A stretch of DNA of 64,000 bases from Patescibacteria group bacterium (GCA_028865725.1 JAGWJP010000004.1:5567-69566); one strand, 5' to 3'. Counted from the first letter of the stretch, positions 21,894-32,700 are shown. Program-made: numbers and translations. Notes: a model not told the origin generated them from the sequence alone.

Positions 21894-22451
21894 ATGAACA
21901 TTGTCGGATGGATTCGGACACACATCTTTTTGTTGATTTTGCTGGCAACGGGGATCATTACCGTCACTATTACGTTCAACAATCCCTTTGCGAGAAATAC
22001 TGCTCCTGCAAAAGAGAAGGCTTTTGTATTTGTACCTAATGCGGAACACCCCGACCTGGTCGCACACTGGATTACGAACGATCTCGACAACCCGTCTCTT
22101 CATAATGACATTTCTGTATTTTTGTTCCGTGTGGGTGCACATGATCAACAGAGCGTCGCAGACATTATTCAAAGATATTCGCCCTGGATGCTTTATAGGT
22201 GGGATGGAGACTCAGATGATAACAATACAGCATGGCAAGGAACCTTTCTTTTTGTCGCAACAGAGAAAAACGATTCTCCGATTATGCTGGTAAAAATAAT
22301 TGGTATTCATGATATGTCTAGAACGAGTGCGTATTATTCTCAAGCATGTTTTTGGTTCAGTCGTCTCGTAGCGTGGAAAAAAACCTGGTTTACCCTCGAC
22401 AAAGATGGTAACACCGATATGTATCGAATGCTGCCGACACAGTTGCCGTAG
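21894..22451 (+). CDS. Hypothetical membrane protein
   Basis: ATG at 21894 preceded by strong RBS AAAGGAGGAAGAAAGG; N-terminal TM IFLLILLATGIITVTI. Confidence 0.4.
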   Translation: MNIVGWIRTHIFLLILLATGIITVTITFNNPFARNTAPAKEKAFVFVPNAEHPDLVAHWITNDLDNPSLHNDISVFLFRVGAHDQQSVADIIQRYSPWMLYRWDGDSDDNNTAWQGTFLFVATEKNDSPIMLVKIIGIHDMSRTSAYYSQACFWFSRLVAWKKTWFTLDKDGNTDMYRMLPTQLP

Positions 22452-22470
22452 AAAATCTTATATGAATACA

Positions 22471-22494
22471 CCGAGGAAACTCGGTTTTTTGTTT
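22471..22494 (+). terminator. Rho-independent terminator
   Basis: CCGAG-GAAA-CTCGG then TTTTTTGTTTT. Confidence 0.65.
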
Positions 22495-22890
22495 TGCCAC
22501 TCGGGAGTAGGACTTTTGCGTGGAGCAGAAAATGAACTTCTTTTTGGCATATGCTTCTGGTTTCGTTGTATGTCTCTGGATAGGAACCAAAGAAACCAAT
22601 CGTGCAAAGTCGTGTAGCCTCTATGGAATGCTTGTTGAAAGTATGTTAGACTCCCAACCCTTTTTGTCTAACTCACCCCCAGCCTTATCCGGTAATTTAT
22701 CCTTCATCTAACGATCGTCAGATAAGGGATAATAATAAATACGACACGAAACACGCATAAGGTTTTTTACATAGCTAATCCAGGACCCGTGAGCCTCAAT
22801 TCATACCAGACAGTTCGATCATACATCTTATGTTCTATGATCCATGGTTGAGTGACAAATAGATTAAGATACACTATAATCGTGATAATT

Positions 22891-23433
22891 ATGGATACGG
22901 CACGTAACAAGCGCAATATTGAGGCACTTCTCTTTGTGCATGGAGAGCCCCTCACTCTTAAAAAAATAGGAGCAGTCTTGGAAATTTCAGAGGAAGAAGT
23001 GCGCCGCGTGGTGGATGAGCTTGTGCATGAATATGCAGAGAGAGGTATTGTGATTACCGAGCAGGCAGGAGAAGTTGCATTTTCCACACATCCTGCTACG
23101 AGCGAGAATGTCCTTTCGTTTATCGGGCGCGTGCTTGAAGATCCGCTTACTCCTGCGGCGCTTGAGACGTTATCTATTATTGCGTACTGCGGACCCCTTG
23201 CGAAGATTGATATTGATGAAATGCGCGGAGTGAATTCTTATTTCATATTGAAAAATTTGTCAGTACGCGGATTGATTGAAAAAACGGAGGATAGAGCAAA
23301 AAATATGGTTTATGATATTACGCTTGACGCATTGCGTCATTTGGGTGTGTCCCGCAAAGAAGAGCTTACTTCGTATGAAGAGTTTCGCACGCGATTGAAC
23401 GAAATTCGAATCACAGGCGGAAAAACGGAGTAG
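22891..23433 (+). CDS. scpB: Segregation and condensation protein B
   Basis: NIEALLFVHGEPLTLKKIGAVLEISEEEVRRVVDEL winged-helix ScpB signature; TATAAT at 22875-22880 upstream. Confidence 0.8.
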   Translation: MDTARNKRNIEALLFVHGEPLTLKKIGAVLEISEEEVRRVVDELVHEYAERGIVITEQAGEVAFSTHPATSENVLSFIGRVLEDPLTPAALETLSIIAYCGPLAKIDIDEMRGVNSYFILKNLSVRGLIEKTEDRAKNMVYDITLDALRHLGVSRKEELTSYEEFRTRLNEIRITGGKTE

Positions 23434-23517
23434 GATGAGATGTGAGGTGTCATGATTTTCGTTCGCGGTGTGGTTGCGGGGTATGGTATATGCTGCGCGC
23501 ATTAGTTTTTACGATTT

Positions 23518-24579
23518 ATGGAACAAAAAGATTGTCCTACACACGAAGATATGTCTCGCGGTTCTCATGAGAATATCAAAGAACAAGGAACACATACGCA
23601 TGCTGCAATGGGTAGTGTGGTGTTGCGCATAGGCCTCACGGTATGCGTGGGGTTGAGTGTGTGGGTCATGGGAAGCAGCTGGTATGCTTCTCGCGTTTCT
23701 GTGCGTGGGGAGGGGCTCAAGAACATGGGCGTTGAGAGTATGACAGGCTCAAGCACCGTGCGCGACAGTGCGCGACTGGCCCCGCTTGAACAGCCCGACT
23801 TTTCATCGGCACGCCCTCCGCTCACCGCGCTTATTAGTAACTTCGATACTCTTCCAATGCAGATCGAAGCACAAGCCGTACTTGTTGCCGATCTTACTAC
23901 GCACGTTGAACTCTTTGAAAAGAATCCCGACAAAGTATGGCCCATTGCCTCCATTACCAAACTTCTTACCGCATCTGCAGCTGAAGAGCTTGCCACGAGC
24001 ACGAGCATGGTTACCATTACCGATCACGCACTTACTGTGGAAGGTGTCGCGGGAAATCTTGAAGCAGGTGAGCAATTCAAGCTCCACGATCTTATTCAAT
24101 TAATGTTATTCGTGTCTTCAAATAGAGCTGCGGAGGCGATTGGTGATGCGTTTAGCCCTAATCTTTTACCAAAGATCCAAGCTATTATTGACGGGCTTGG
24201 GCTTACGCATACTCACATTGGAGAGGTGACAGGACTTTCACCGCAGAACGTATCAACTCCACGCGAATTAAAAAGTATAGTAGAATACGTATACGAGGTG
24301 CACCCGGAGCTTCTCCGCATGACTATCCCGAAAGAAATCATCGTGGATTCATCGCTCAAAACGCACAAGCTGATCAATATCGACTATCTTTCTTTGCATC
24401 CCGATCTCGGGTTTTTAGGGGGAAAAACAGGGACGATTGATCAGTCGGGAGAGAATATCGTTGCGGTGTTTGCGTACCATAATCATCAAATTGCCGTGAT
24501 CTTGCTAGGGAGCAATGATAGGTTTAATGAAGTGATGCACCTTCTTGAGTGGGTAAAACGAGCTTATATTTTTCGATAA
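23518..24579 (+). CDS. D-alanyl-D-alanine carboxypeptidase (peptidase S11, PBP5-like), membrane anchored
   Basis: AQAVLVADLTTHVELFEKNPDKVWPIASITKLLTA with SxxK active site; SNR-like FVSSNRAAEAIG; adjacent to mraY. Confidence 0.75.
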   Translation: MEQKDCPTHEDMSRGSHENIKEQGTHTHAAMGSVVLRIGLTVCVGLSVWVMGSSWYASRVSVRGEGLKNMGVESMTGSSTVRDSARLAPLEQPDFSSARPPLTALISNFDTLPMQIEAQAVLVADLTTHVELFEKNPDKVWPIASITKLLTASAAEELATSTSMVTITDHALTVEGVAGNLEAGEQFKLHDLIQLMLFVSSNRAAEAIGDAFSPNLLPKIQAIIDGLGLTHTHIGEVTGLSPQNVSTPRELKSIVEYVYEVHPELLRMTIPKEIIVDSSLKTHKLINIDYLSLHPDLGFLGGKTGTIDQSGENIVAVFAYHNHQIAVILLGSNDRFNEVMHLLEWVKRAYIFR

Positions 24580-24582
24580 CGT

Positions 24583-25626
24583 ATGCTATTAATTCAAGCG
24601 ATTCGTCTTTTAACTCTTGGGACGCTTTCTTTTTTGTTTGCCATGCTTGTTTCAGGTCCCGTGCTTCACATCTTAAAGAATTATCAATTTGGCAAACAAA
24701 TACGTCCAGAGGCGGATGCGCCTGTTTTTGCCAAGTTTCATAAAAAGAAAGAAGGAACCCCTACGATGGGCGGGGTGATTATATGGGGTACCACGCTTGC
24801 TCTTGCGATCTTGTTTGGAATCGGCAACTACCTTTTTAATGGTGTATTTCACCATCTCAATTTTATCAATCGCGCCGAAACCTACTTGCCGCTTGCCGCA
24901 CTTTTTTTTGCCGCGGTCGTAGGACTTGTTGACGATCTTATGGGTGTATTGAAATGGGGACCGAAAGGAGGAGGGTTAAGCATGAAAGGAAAACTGGTAT
25001 TGTATGTCGCGATTGCCGCGCTGGGATCATTATGGTTTTATTTTCGTCTCGGGTGGAACACTATGCATATTCCACTGTGGGGCGATCTTACGATAGGCGT
25101 GTGGTATATCCCCTTATTTATTTTCGTGCTTACCGCATCTGCGTTTTCAACGAATGAGACAGACGGATTGGATGGTCTCGCGGCAGGAGTGTTGATGTGT
25201 TCGTTCGCAGCGCTTGGCGTCGTCGCATTTGCAAATCACAAATATGATCTTTCCGCCTTTATCGTGGTATTGGTGGGAGCTCTTGTTGCATTTTTATGGA
25301 ATAATGTGTATCCGGCAAAATTCTTTATGGGAGACACGGGTGCTATGTCGCTTGGCATCGTCCTTGGCATTATTGCGATGCTGACGAATACCGTACTTCT
25401 TCTTCCTTTTTTCAGTTTTATTTTAGTCGTGGAATCGTTATCGGTAATTATCCAAATGGCAAGCAAAAAGTTTCGTCACAAAAAAGTATTTTTTTCGACG
25501 CCTATTCATCATCATTTTGAGGCATTGGGGTTTCCTGAAACGAACATTACGATGAAATTTTGGATTATCTCAGGAATTTCTGCGGGGCTGGGATTGATCA
25601 TCTTTTTTCTTGACAAATATCACTAG
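24583..25626 (+). CDS. mraY: Phospho-N-acetylmuramoyl-pentapeptide transferase MraY
   Basis: FHKKKEGTPTMGGVII, NETDGLDGLA, GDTGAMSLG motifs; 10 TM profile. Confidence 0.93.
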   Translation: MLLIQAIRLLTLGTLSFLFAMLVSGPVLHILKNYQFGKQIRPEADAPVFAKFHKKKEGTPTMGGVIIWGTTLALAILFGIGNYLFNGVFHHLNFINRAETYLPLAALFFAAVVGLVDDLMGVLKWGPKGGGLSMKGKLVLYVAIAALGSLWFYFRLGWNTMHIPLWGDLTIGVWYIPLFIFVLTASAFSTNETDGLDGLAAGVLMCSFAALGVVAFANHKYDLSAFIVVLVGALVAFLWNNVYPAKFFMGDTGAMSLGIVLGIIAMLTNTVLLLPFFSFILVVESLSVIIQMASKKFRHKKVFFSTPIHHHFEALGFPETNITMKFWIISGISAGLGLIIFFLDKYH

Positions 25627-25687
25627 AAGAGTTGATTTTCTTTTGTGATCATGATATCAATAACTATTCTGAATGGAGGAGGTAGAC

Positions 25688-26173
25688 ATGACTATTAAAT
25701 CCAGCAGTACTGCAAGGAAGCTTGTTATTCCGCTCCCCGTGAGTAGCATGGGGACTGTCACCACACGATCACTTCGTTGGTGCAAGGAGCTTCATGCCGC
25801 ACTAAATCCATTGTTGCAATACAAGCTTCAGGATGGAAGTGCTGCAGTAGGGTGGTATGTCTTTGCTGGCCATAATGATTTGGTGGCGTTAGGTGGTACT
25901 AGTTTTGAAGAAACTTTGGAGCGGCCTTTGATATGGAATTGTGTACCCAAAGAACATAGAAATCGTGTAGTATGCAAGATAGTGCTTTTTTCTGAGGCGT
26001 GCATCTGTGAGAGAGAAGAGTGGTTTATACTTGAAGATTTTTTTGCGGATGCCGCAGGCGCGAGAGAAAAGTTTGCGCGCGTGATAGCGCACCTTGAGCA
26101 GCACGCAGTGCCGCCGGTGGCACCTCAAAATATCGTGCGCGCTCTTGCTGCGCTCAAAAGGAACGAGAAATAG
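25688..26173 (+). CDS. Hypothetical protein
   Basis: ATG at 25688 with RBS GGAGGAGG; no recognisable domain. Confidence 0.4.
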   Translation: MTIKSSSTARKLVIPLPVSSMGTVTTRSLRWCKELHAALNPLLQYKLQDGSAAVGWYVFAGHNDLVALGGTSFEETLERPLIWNCVPKEHRNRVVCKIVLFSEACICEREEWFILEDFFADAAGAREKFARVIAHLEQHAVPPVAPQNIVRALAALKRNEK

Positions 26174-26190
26174 AGAATTACTAACGTCAC

Positions 26191-26214
26191 GAACCCATCG
26201 GGGGTTCTTTTTTT
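26191..26214 (+). terminator. Rho-independent terminator
   Basis: GAACCC-ATCG-GGGGTTC then TTTTTTTT. Confidence 0.7.
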
Positions 26215-26281
26215 GACGCGCGGGAGGTACCAGTAGTATGATTGGGTAAAGGTTAATCTTGATAGGACTACGTTATTTTGT

Positions 26282-27604
26282 ATGTTAGACGTTAAATTTA
26301 TTAGGGAACATCAGGACGAGGTACAAACCGCTGCGCGAAACAAGGGTATTGATTTAGATGTAGCGGAGCTGTTGCGGTGTGACGTGGCGCAAAGCACGCT
26401 TTTGCATGAGATTGAGAATCTAAAAAAGCAAAAGAATGAATTGAATGATGCCATGAAGTCAGCCAAAGACGGCGAAGAACGCGCAGTAATTATCGAAAAA
26501 GGAAAAGCGGTGAAAGAACAACTGGACGCATTGGAACCACAATATCGCGAAGCACTTGCCGCATTTCGTGCGTTTATGGTGCAGGTGCCCACTATTCCTT
26601 CTTCCGATACTCCGATAGGAAAGAATGGAGATGATAATGTAGAGATTATGCGCTGGGGTGCAAGTCATGAATTTGATTTCATCCCAAAAGATTATAGTCA
26701 ACTCGGAAAAGATTTGGATCTCATTGATATGGAAAAGGGCGCGAGGGTGGCGGGATTTCGCGGATATTATCTCAAAAACGATGGTGTCTCGCTTGTGATG
26801 GCAATGATGATGTACGCGATCAATAAAATGATTGCCAAAGGCTATAAGCCATTTATCCCCCCCACGCTTGTGAACGGGTTTGCGTTATTTGGCAGCGGTT
26901 ATTTTAAGGGGTTGGAGTATAATCCTGAGATCGATGAGATTTATCAGATTGCGTCAACGGACAAAGAAGCGACAGGCGAGACAAGTAAAGAGAAAAAGTT
27001 CTTGGTGGGAACCGCAGAGCCATCCCTGCTTGCATATTATGCCGATGAAGTATTGAAAGAGGAAGATTTGCCGATACGCGTATTTGGATTTAGTCCGTGT
27101 TATCGAAGCGAAATTGGCAGTTATGGAAAAGACACGAAAGGAATGTATCGTGTACATGAGTTTATGAAAGTGGAACAGGTGGTGGTCACTAAAGCAAACG
27201 TCGAAGAATCAACCTTGCTTCAAGAGGAAATGGTGGCAATTGCAAAGGAGATCCATGAGGATCTTGGGTTGCCCTATCGGGTAGTTCAGATTTGTACCGG
27301 CGACATGTCCGCGGGAAAATATCGGGCATTTGATATCGAGGCATGGCTTCCAGGATCACAACGTTGGGCAGAGACAGGTTCCGCAAGCAATTTCCTTGAT
27401 TGGCAGGCGCGCAGATTGAATATTAAATATGTGGATACCAAAGGAAATAAAAAATTTGCTTATTTGTTAAACGATACCGCCCTTCCTTCTGTGCGTCCGT
27501 TTCTTGCTATTCTCGAAAACTATCAGCAACAAGATGGCTCTGTGATTGTTCCGGAAGTTCTCCGTCCTTATATGCACGGAAAGGAAATTATAACGCCGTG
27601 GTAA
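26282..27604 (+). CDS. serS: Seryl-tRNA synthetase
   Basis: N-terminal coiled-coil arm MLDVKFIREHQDEV...; class II core with FSPCYRSE, GDMSAGKYRAFDIEAWLPG. Confidence 0.95.
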   Translation: MLDVKFIREHQDEVQTAARNKGIDLDVAELLRCDVAQSTLLHEIENLKKQKNELNDAMKSAKDGEERAVIIEKGKAVKEQLDALEPQYREALAAFRAFMVQVPTIPSSDTPIGKNGDDNVEIMRWGASHEFDFIPKDYSQLGKDLDLIDMEKGARVAGFRGYYLKNDGVSLVMAMMMYAINKMIAKGYKPFIPPTLVNGFALFGSGYFKGLEYNPEIDEIYQIASTDKEATGETSKEKKFLVGTAEPSLLAYYADEVLKEEDLPIRVFGFSPCYRSEIGSYGKDTKGMYRVHEFMKVEQVVVTKANVEESTLLQEEMVAIAKEIHEDLGLPYRVVQICTGDMSAGKYRAFDIEAWLPGSQRWAETGSASNFLDWQARRLNIKYVDTKGNKKFAYLLNDTALPSVRPFLAILENYQQQDGSVIVPEVLRPYMHGKEIITPW

Positions 27605-27612
27605 GAGGTTTC

Positions 27613-28743
27613 ATGAAGAAAAATTATACGCTACGTACCTGGGTGGAAATCAACCAGACTGCATTGCGGCACAATGTGAGTCAATTCAAACATCTTCTGA
27701 AAAAGAAGACGAAGTTTGGAGCGGTCGTAAAATCGAATGCATACGGACATGGGCTTCTTACTGTCGCACAGATTTTAAAATCATACGTGGATTGGTTTTT
27801 AGTAGATACGTTTATTGAGGGCTTTCACTTAAGAAAAGCGGGGATTCGTAACAATATCTTGGTGCTTGGGCATACGCTTCCTGTGCATTTTGAATCAGCA
27901 GTTGCAGAGAATATCAGTCTTACTGTATCTCAATTCGAGAGCCTTACCCATATTATTGGAATGCGTCGTCCTCCTGCTATTCATCTTAAGTTTGATACGG
28001 GCATGCACCGCCAAGGATTTTATGCCGCACAGAGTGCCGAAGTGGGTGCGCTCTGTCGTCGCAATCCTACATGTGTGGAAGGAATTTATACTCATTTCGC
28101 AGCCGCAAAGGATATGACTTATCCGCACTATACCGCAAAGCAGCTTCGTATATTTCAAGAAATCAAGGAGGTTTTTTCTGCGCCTCAGTATCCGCATCTC
28201 ATCTCTCATGCGGCGGCATCCGGAGGGGTGCTGGTGTCCCCCGCAAGCCATTTTGATCTCGTGCGGGTAGGAATGGGGATGTACGGATACTATCCTTCCC
28301 CAGAATTAAAAGAGCAGACACGGTGGTATCTTAAAGAACCGATTCGATTAACACCTGTGTTATCGTGGAAAGCGTTGGTGTCAGAAGTAAAGCAGGTTCC
28401 TGCGGATGAGCCTATTGGCTATGATCTTACTGAATATATGACGAGTCCTACGACAATAGGCATTCTTCCTATAGGATATTGGCATGGATTTGATCGGGGA
28501 TTGTCCTCTGTAGGCGAAGTGTTGATGCATGGGATGCGTTGTGCGGTCAAAGGAAGGGTGTCTATGGATATGATTGCCGTTGCAGTGCCTACACGCACGA
28601 GAGTGTATGATGTCGCAACCCTTGTGGGTAATGATGGGCGTGAATCAATTTTTGCAGATGAGATTGCGCGAAAGCTGGGTACGAGTCCTTACGAAATACT
28701 CACGCGCATCAACCCTCTCATTGAACGAGTACTCACTCAATAA
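27613..28743 (+). CDS. alr: Alanine racemase
   Basis: AVVKSNAYGHGL PLP-lysine motif; ATG at 27613 behind RBS AAGAGG (ORF track begins GTG 27598, overlapping serS stop). Confidence 0.9.
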   Translation: MKKNYTLRTWVEINQTALRHNVSQFKHLLKKKTKFGAVVKSNAYGHGLLTVAQILKSYVDWFLVDTFIEGFHLRKAGIRNNILVLGHTLPVHFESAVAENISLTVSQFESLTHIIGMRRPPAIHLKFDTGMHRQGFYAAQSAEVGALCRRNPTCVEGIYTHFAAAKDMTYPHYTAKQLRIFQEIKEVFSAPQYPHLISHAAASGGVLVSPASHFDLVRVGMGMYGYYPSPELKEQTRWYLKEPIRLTPVLSWKALVSEVKQVPADEPIGYDLTEYMTSPTTIGILPIGYWHGFDRGLSSVGEVLMHGMRCAVKGRVSMDMIAVAVPTRTRVYDVATLVGNDGRESIFADEIARKLGTSPYEILTRINPLIERVLTQ

Positions 28744-28892
28744 GATAATACGGCTATTACGGAACTATCTGATCATGCGATAAGGCTGTTTTATCAGGCA
28801 ATCATGACTACTGAAAAAAATAATGAAGAAATACCGCCCGCGAGCCGGTTCTTTGTTTGTACTCAAGATGCACGGATTGTTATAATAGGAGT

Positions 28893-29714
28893 ATGAAATC
28901 CTATGTACCTCCCCATATACGGCGGCGCGAAATGATCTACAGACGTATCCGTGTGGCAGCGTATGTGTTGTGCGGTGCGGGGTGCGGTATCGCGATTTGG
29001 TATGTTCTTTTTTTAAGCCCTCTTTTTTTGATTACGCATCTTACTGTTTCACCCGAGAACGGCGCGTGGTTTAATGCGGCGCAGCATATTCTTGAAAAGA
29101 AACGGATAGTGGGAGGCATGGTTCCAGGAAATAATATGCTTTTTTTTCGTGAAAGCGATTTTGAAGAATTACGCATGGGGCACCCCGAGTTAAAAGACAT
29201 CACTATGAGTAAAGATTTTTTTCATCATACGCTACACATTACACTTACCATGCGTTCTCCCGCTGGTGTGTGGTGCGGCGATGGTCGATGTGCTGTGTTT
29301 GACGGAGATGGAGTACTTTATAGAAGCCTTATGGATGGAGAAGCCTCGAGTTCTGTGGGGATTGTAGTTGAAGATTCAGATCAATTTGTTTCTCTTCTTA
29401 CAAGTAGTTCTTCATCGTCTGAAGTACGGAAACAAATTCTTGATACGGTTATTACCACGCAGGATATTACTCTGTTTAAGGACTTAGGAGCGCTTTTTAC
29501 GGAGCTTGGTATGGGAACGAGTACTGTAGTGCGAGAGAATGCATCTGCACGAGATGTCGTGTTTAAGTTTCCTGGATCTTATATTGTAATTATCAATAAA
29601 GAAGAGTCATTTGAGGAGGTACGTGTTACTCTCCTTGCCGCAAAAGGACGTCTCGATCTTGTGCATGCGCATTTCATTGATTTGCGCATCCCGCAACGGA
29701 TTTATATCCAATAA
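28893..29714 (+). CDS. Membrane-anchored hypothetical protein (possible FtsQ/DivIB-like topology)
   Basis: RBS AGGAG before ATG 28893; short cytoplasmic N-term, one TM (VAAYVLCGAGCGIAIWYVLFL), extracytoplasmic remainder; call by topology only. Confidence 0.3.
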   Translation: MKSYVPPHIRRREMIYRRIRVAAYVLCGAGCGIAIWYVLFLSPLFLITHLTVSPENGAWFNAAQHILEKKRIVGGMVPGNNMLFFRESDFEELRMGHPELKDITMSKDFFHHTLHITLTMRSPAGVWCGDGRCAVFDGDGVLYRSLMDGEASSSVGIVVEDSDQFVSLLTSSSSSSEVRKQILDTVITTQDITLFKDLGALFTELGMGTSTVVRENASARDVVFKFPGSYIVIINKEESFEEVRVTLLAAKGRLDLVHAHFIDLRIPQRIYIQ

Positions 29715-29731
29715 CAATACTCGTGCGTTAC

Positions 29732-29771
29732 AAAAAACGACCCAGTGCACCACCTGGATCGTTTGTTTTTT
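29732..29771. terminator. Bidirectional terminator between convergent genes
   Basis: AAAAAA-CGACCCAG-loop-CTGGATCG-TTTGTTTTTT. Confidence 0.5.
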
Positions 29772-29798
29772 ATATGACGTGTTGTTCTCCGGTGTTTT

Positions 29799-30227
29799 TT
29801 AAGGTTTCAATTTGTGATACAAAGAATCGCTGCAGAGATAAAGCGTCACAAAAAGGAAAGAGAGCAAACCCATGCCAATGAGTATATCCCCGATACTTAC
29901 CGTTATTGATATAGAAAAATTGCGGATAAACGGATTAGTGTTCGTGATACACACATTAATAAAGTCACAAAGTAGGGGAAGTTGTGTAGTATTTCCTCCC
30001 ACACAATGAGTACTAATCTCTCCGTTTTGTAGCATATCCCCAGCCAGTAGATAGACTGGCATTTTGTTGTGATTTGCGTACCGTACCGAAAAATTGAGTA
30101 TGCCACCCAACGCGACCAAACATAACGGAATTGCAAAAGCGGGATCTACTTCTCTTGCAAAAAAGATAGCGCCCATCATGATGAAAATGACCGTAAGGAC
30201 GGCGTATACAACGAGCATTGTATCCAC
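29799..30227 (-). CDS. Hypothetical polytopic membrane protein
   Basis: Four hydrophobic segments; immediately downstream (same strand) of GT39 gene. Confidence 0.4.
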   Translation of the reverse strand: MDTMLVVYAVLTVIFIMMGAIFFAREVDPAFAIPLCLVALGGILNFSVRYANHNKMPVYLLAGDMLQNGEISTHCVGGNTTQLPLLCDFINVCITNTNPFIRNFSISITVSIGDILIGMGLLSFLFVTLYLCSDSLYHKLKP

Positions 30228-30291
30228 TTCTCTTTCGTGAGATGAGGAGCTATTTTTTTATATCACGCATCAAACAAGGAGTCCAGCAATA

Positions 30292-32073
30292 TTATGGAAT
30301 ATGGTAGATGAAGATTGAAGCTCCTGCACGTGCAATAGGAGTATATTTTTTTAGCCATGCATAAGAGTTGTCAGTCGTAAGAGGGGGCTCGGCAGGAGAG
30401 GAAGCAAGCTGGAGCTTATTAACAGAGATCGCAAAGAATCCTTGGGGCACGCCTTTCGCGCTCCACCACGGTTCGAATGCGCCCCCTAAATAGTAGGAAG
30501 GAGAGCCTCCTCCAAAATAATCTACTGCAATGTGATCGACATGGTGTGTGTGTGTCCATGCCGCAAGGCGCTTGAGGTCTTGGCCCCAATCGTAATTTGA
30601 ATCAGTTACAATATGATAGCCGCTCCATGTTCCTCCCGCAAACTCATTGAAATACGAGAGAAAGAGCGGTGCAGCGGAAAATGTTTCTACGCAGTACCAC
30701 ACAAGAAGAAGAATAATACTGATAAGGCGTATGCCGTTTTTCTTAAATTCGATAATGATTTCTTGGAATCCTCCTACCGGTTTCCATGCGGTCCACTGTT
30801 TGAGTTCTTTTGCGGTGAGCATGTAAAAAAACGGGATGGTGGGGAGGATGTGGCGAAGACCGATGTTTAAGTTGGACGCCATTGCATTTGCAAAATACAG
30901 TACTGCAAACAGAAGCATGGTAAATTCAGTAAAATGGAAACGGATAAAAGAATGGATTACGCGCCCCCACATGCGCGGTGCGCATCTCATCAGTGAAGAA
31001 AGGCTGAGCAGGAATGCCCACCCCATCAGGATAAGACTTGGAATTGGTTCTTTGTAAAAAAAGACTACGGGAAAGTAGTACCAATGCGCAAAGTTGGCAA
31101 CATTCCCAAGGAAATAGGCGGTATTACCCCCCACTGTCCGCTGGACGACCATTGCCACGCCGAGAAAATATTCTCCAAAAGGACGAAGGAAGGAAGAGGA
31201 TGCCATTGTAATAATGGCATGAGTAAGAAGCGGGTTATTGATTCCTGATAACAGTGTGGCAGTGTCGGCGATTTGGCGATAAATGGGGTAGTGAAGTGTG
31301 GTCAGGAAGTAGGGGATGTAGATTGTGACGCCGGCAATGAGAAAGACCCACACGAGCATCGCAAGATAGGTGCGTCGAGAGTAACGATGTGTCGTAAGAG
31401 CGTGGATGATCACAAGGAGCACAAAGAACGGAGGGAGAAGAATCGTTGAGAATTTCATCAATTCTGCGATTCCCAATGCAATTCCAGCACGAATGACATT
31501 GCCGCGGCTGTTCTCCTCTAAAAGGTGGCAGAAAAAGTAGAGGCCTATTACAAATCCAAACACTGCGGCTACATCAGTCGTCACATAGTGTCCGTTACCA
31601 AGAAAGTTTGGAGAAAATAGAGTAAGAAGTGCAGGGAGAAGCGCCCACCATGTTCCTAGGAATTCCGAAGACCATACATAGATGAAAATACCGAGGACGA
31701 GCGTGAGGAGAATGGGGGCAAGCCGTGCGACAAAGAGAATGGTGTCCGCATTGTTTCCTGAATTGTAGAGAAACTGGGTTCCCATATCCCATTGTCCATT
31801 GACTTCGGTGGTCCAACTTTTGTCATTTGTCGGAAAATTGAGATGGAGGAAAAGTAGGGGAAAGGCCGCAGCTGCTTTTAGCAAGGGCGGGTGTTCAGGG
31901 TTCAAGCGATAGTCAAGCTGGCTTACATATCCGTATCCCGCAGGAATATGAGCCTGTTCATCTGCGATTGCAGAGTCTCCGCGTGCGGCAATCAGCATGA
32001 GTATGAGTGCGGTGAGGACAATGAGCACCAGAATATAAGAGGGTATGCGTCGGATAAGGGTAACAAGAAACAT
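30292..32073 (-). CDS. Glycosyltransferase family 39 (PMT/ArnT-like) membrane protein
   Basis: N-terminal AARGDSAIADEQAHIPAGYGYV...HPPLLK region resembling the PMT/ArnT DE-motif loop; >10 TM segments; 593 aa. Confidence 0.65.
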   Translation of the reverse strand: MFLVTLIRRIPSYILVLIVLTALILMLIAARGDSAIADEQAHIPAGYGYVSQLDYRLNPEHPPLLKAAAAFPLLFLHLNFPTNDKSWTTEVNGQWDMGTQFLYNSGNNADTILFVARLAPILLTLVLGIFIYVWSSEFLGTWWALLPALLTLFSPNFLGNGHYVTTDVAAVFGFVIGLYFFCHLLEENSRGNVIRAGIALGIAELMKFSTILLPPFFVLLVIIHALTTHRYSRRTYLAMLVWVFLIAGVTIYIPYFLTTLHYPIYRQIADTATLLSGINNPLLTHAIITMASSSFLRPFGEYFLGVAMVVQRTVGGNTAYFLGNVANFAHWYYFPVVFFYKEPIPSLILMGWAFLLSLSSLMRCAPRMWGRVIHSFIRFHFTEFTMLLFAVLYFANAMASNLNIGLRHILPTIPFFYMLTAKELKQWTAWKPVGGFQEIIIEFKKNGIRLISIILLLVWYCVETFSAAPLFLSYFNEFAGGTWSGYHIVTDSNYDWGQDLKRLAAWTHTHHVDHIAVDYFGGGSPSYYLGGAFEPWWSAKGVPQGFFAISVNKLQLASSPAEPPLTTDNSYAWLKKYTPIARAGASIFIYHIP

Positions 32074-32213
32074 AATACTAAAATTATTGTTATGCGATGC
32101 GGATATTTGTACAAATGTGGAAAAATGAGCGTTCGCTTTTTTACACGTGTTGCATTATACTAATCATATAGTGATAGTATACGGGATTTGTTTATTTTTT
32201 AATAGAGTTATTT

Positions 32214-32693
32214 ATGCAGGAACAACAATCATTGCAAAATCTTGAGCGGCAAATGGCGGTACTTCAGGAAGAGATACAAGCACGCAAACGTGAGCTTCAG
32301 AAGCAACGGGAGGCTGAAGGAGAAGTATCTCCTATGCCGCACGACAAAGATATCGCACACGAAGTGATAGGAAAAAAATTAGAAGCGGCTCAAAAAGCAC
32401 TTCCCCGCTCGCCCGAAAATCCGTTTGCTTCTGCCGAGGAAGAGTCACGAGACGTGGGTGCGGGTCTTCGTCCTCAAAAGCTTCATCAAGAGCAACCCTC
32501 GTACGAATCTCCCGAGCTTGTGGATCCTTTGCGGCCATTTCAAGAACTTGTGGTGCGGCAGAATCTTGATACGGCGATGAGTGCCATTGCAGCAACTCGC
32601 AATCCTGCGCTTATTGATGCGTTTCATGATTGGCTGGTAGAGCAGGCTTATCAATTTTTAGTGAAAAAAGGCGATCTTGATATAGTGGTGTAA
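32214..32693 (+). CDS. Hypothetical coiled-coil protein
   Basis: Charged, Q/E-rich N-terminus; 7 nt upstream of coupling-protein gene. Confidence 0.4.
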   Translation: MQEQQSLQNLERQMAVLQEEIQARKRELQKQREAEGEVSPMPHDKDIAHEVIGKKLEAAQKALPRSPENPFASAEEESRDVGAGLRPQKLHQEQPSYESPELVDPLRPFQELVVRQNLDTAMSAIAATRNPALIDAFHDWLVEQAYQFLVKKGDLDIVV

Positions 32694-32700
32694 CTTCTTA

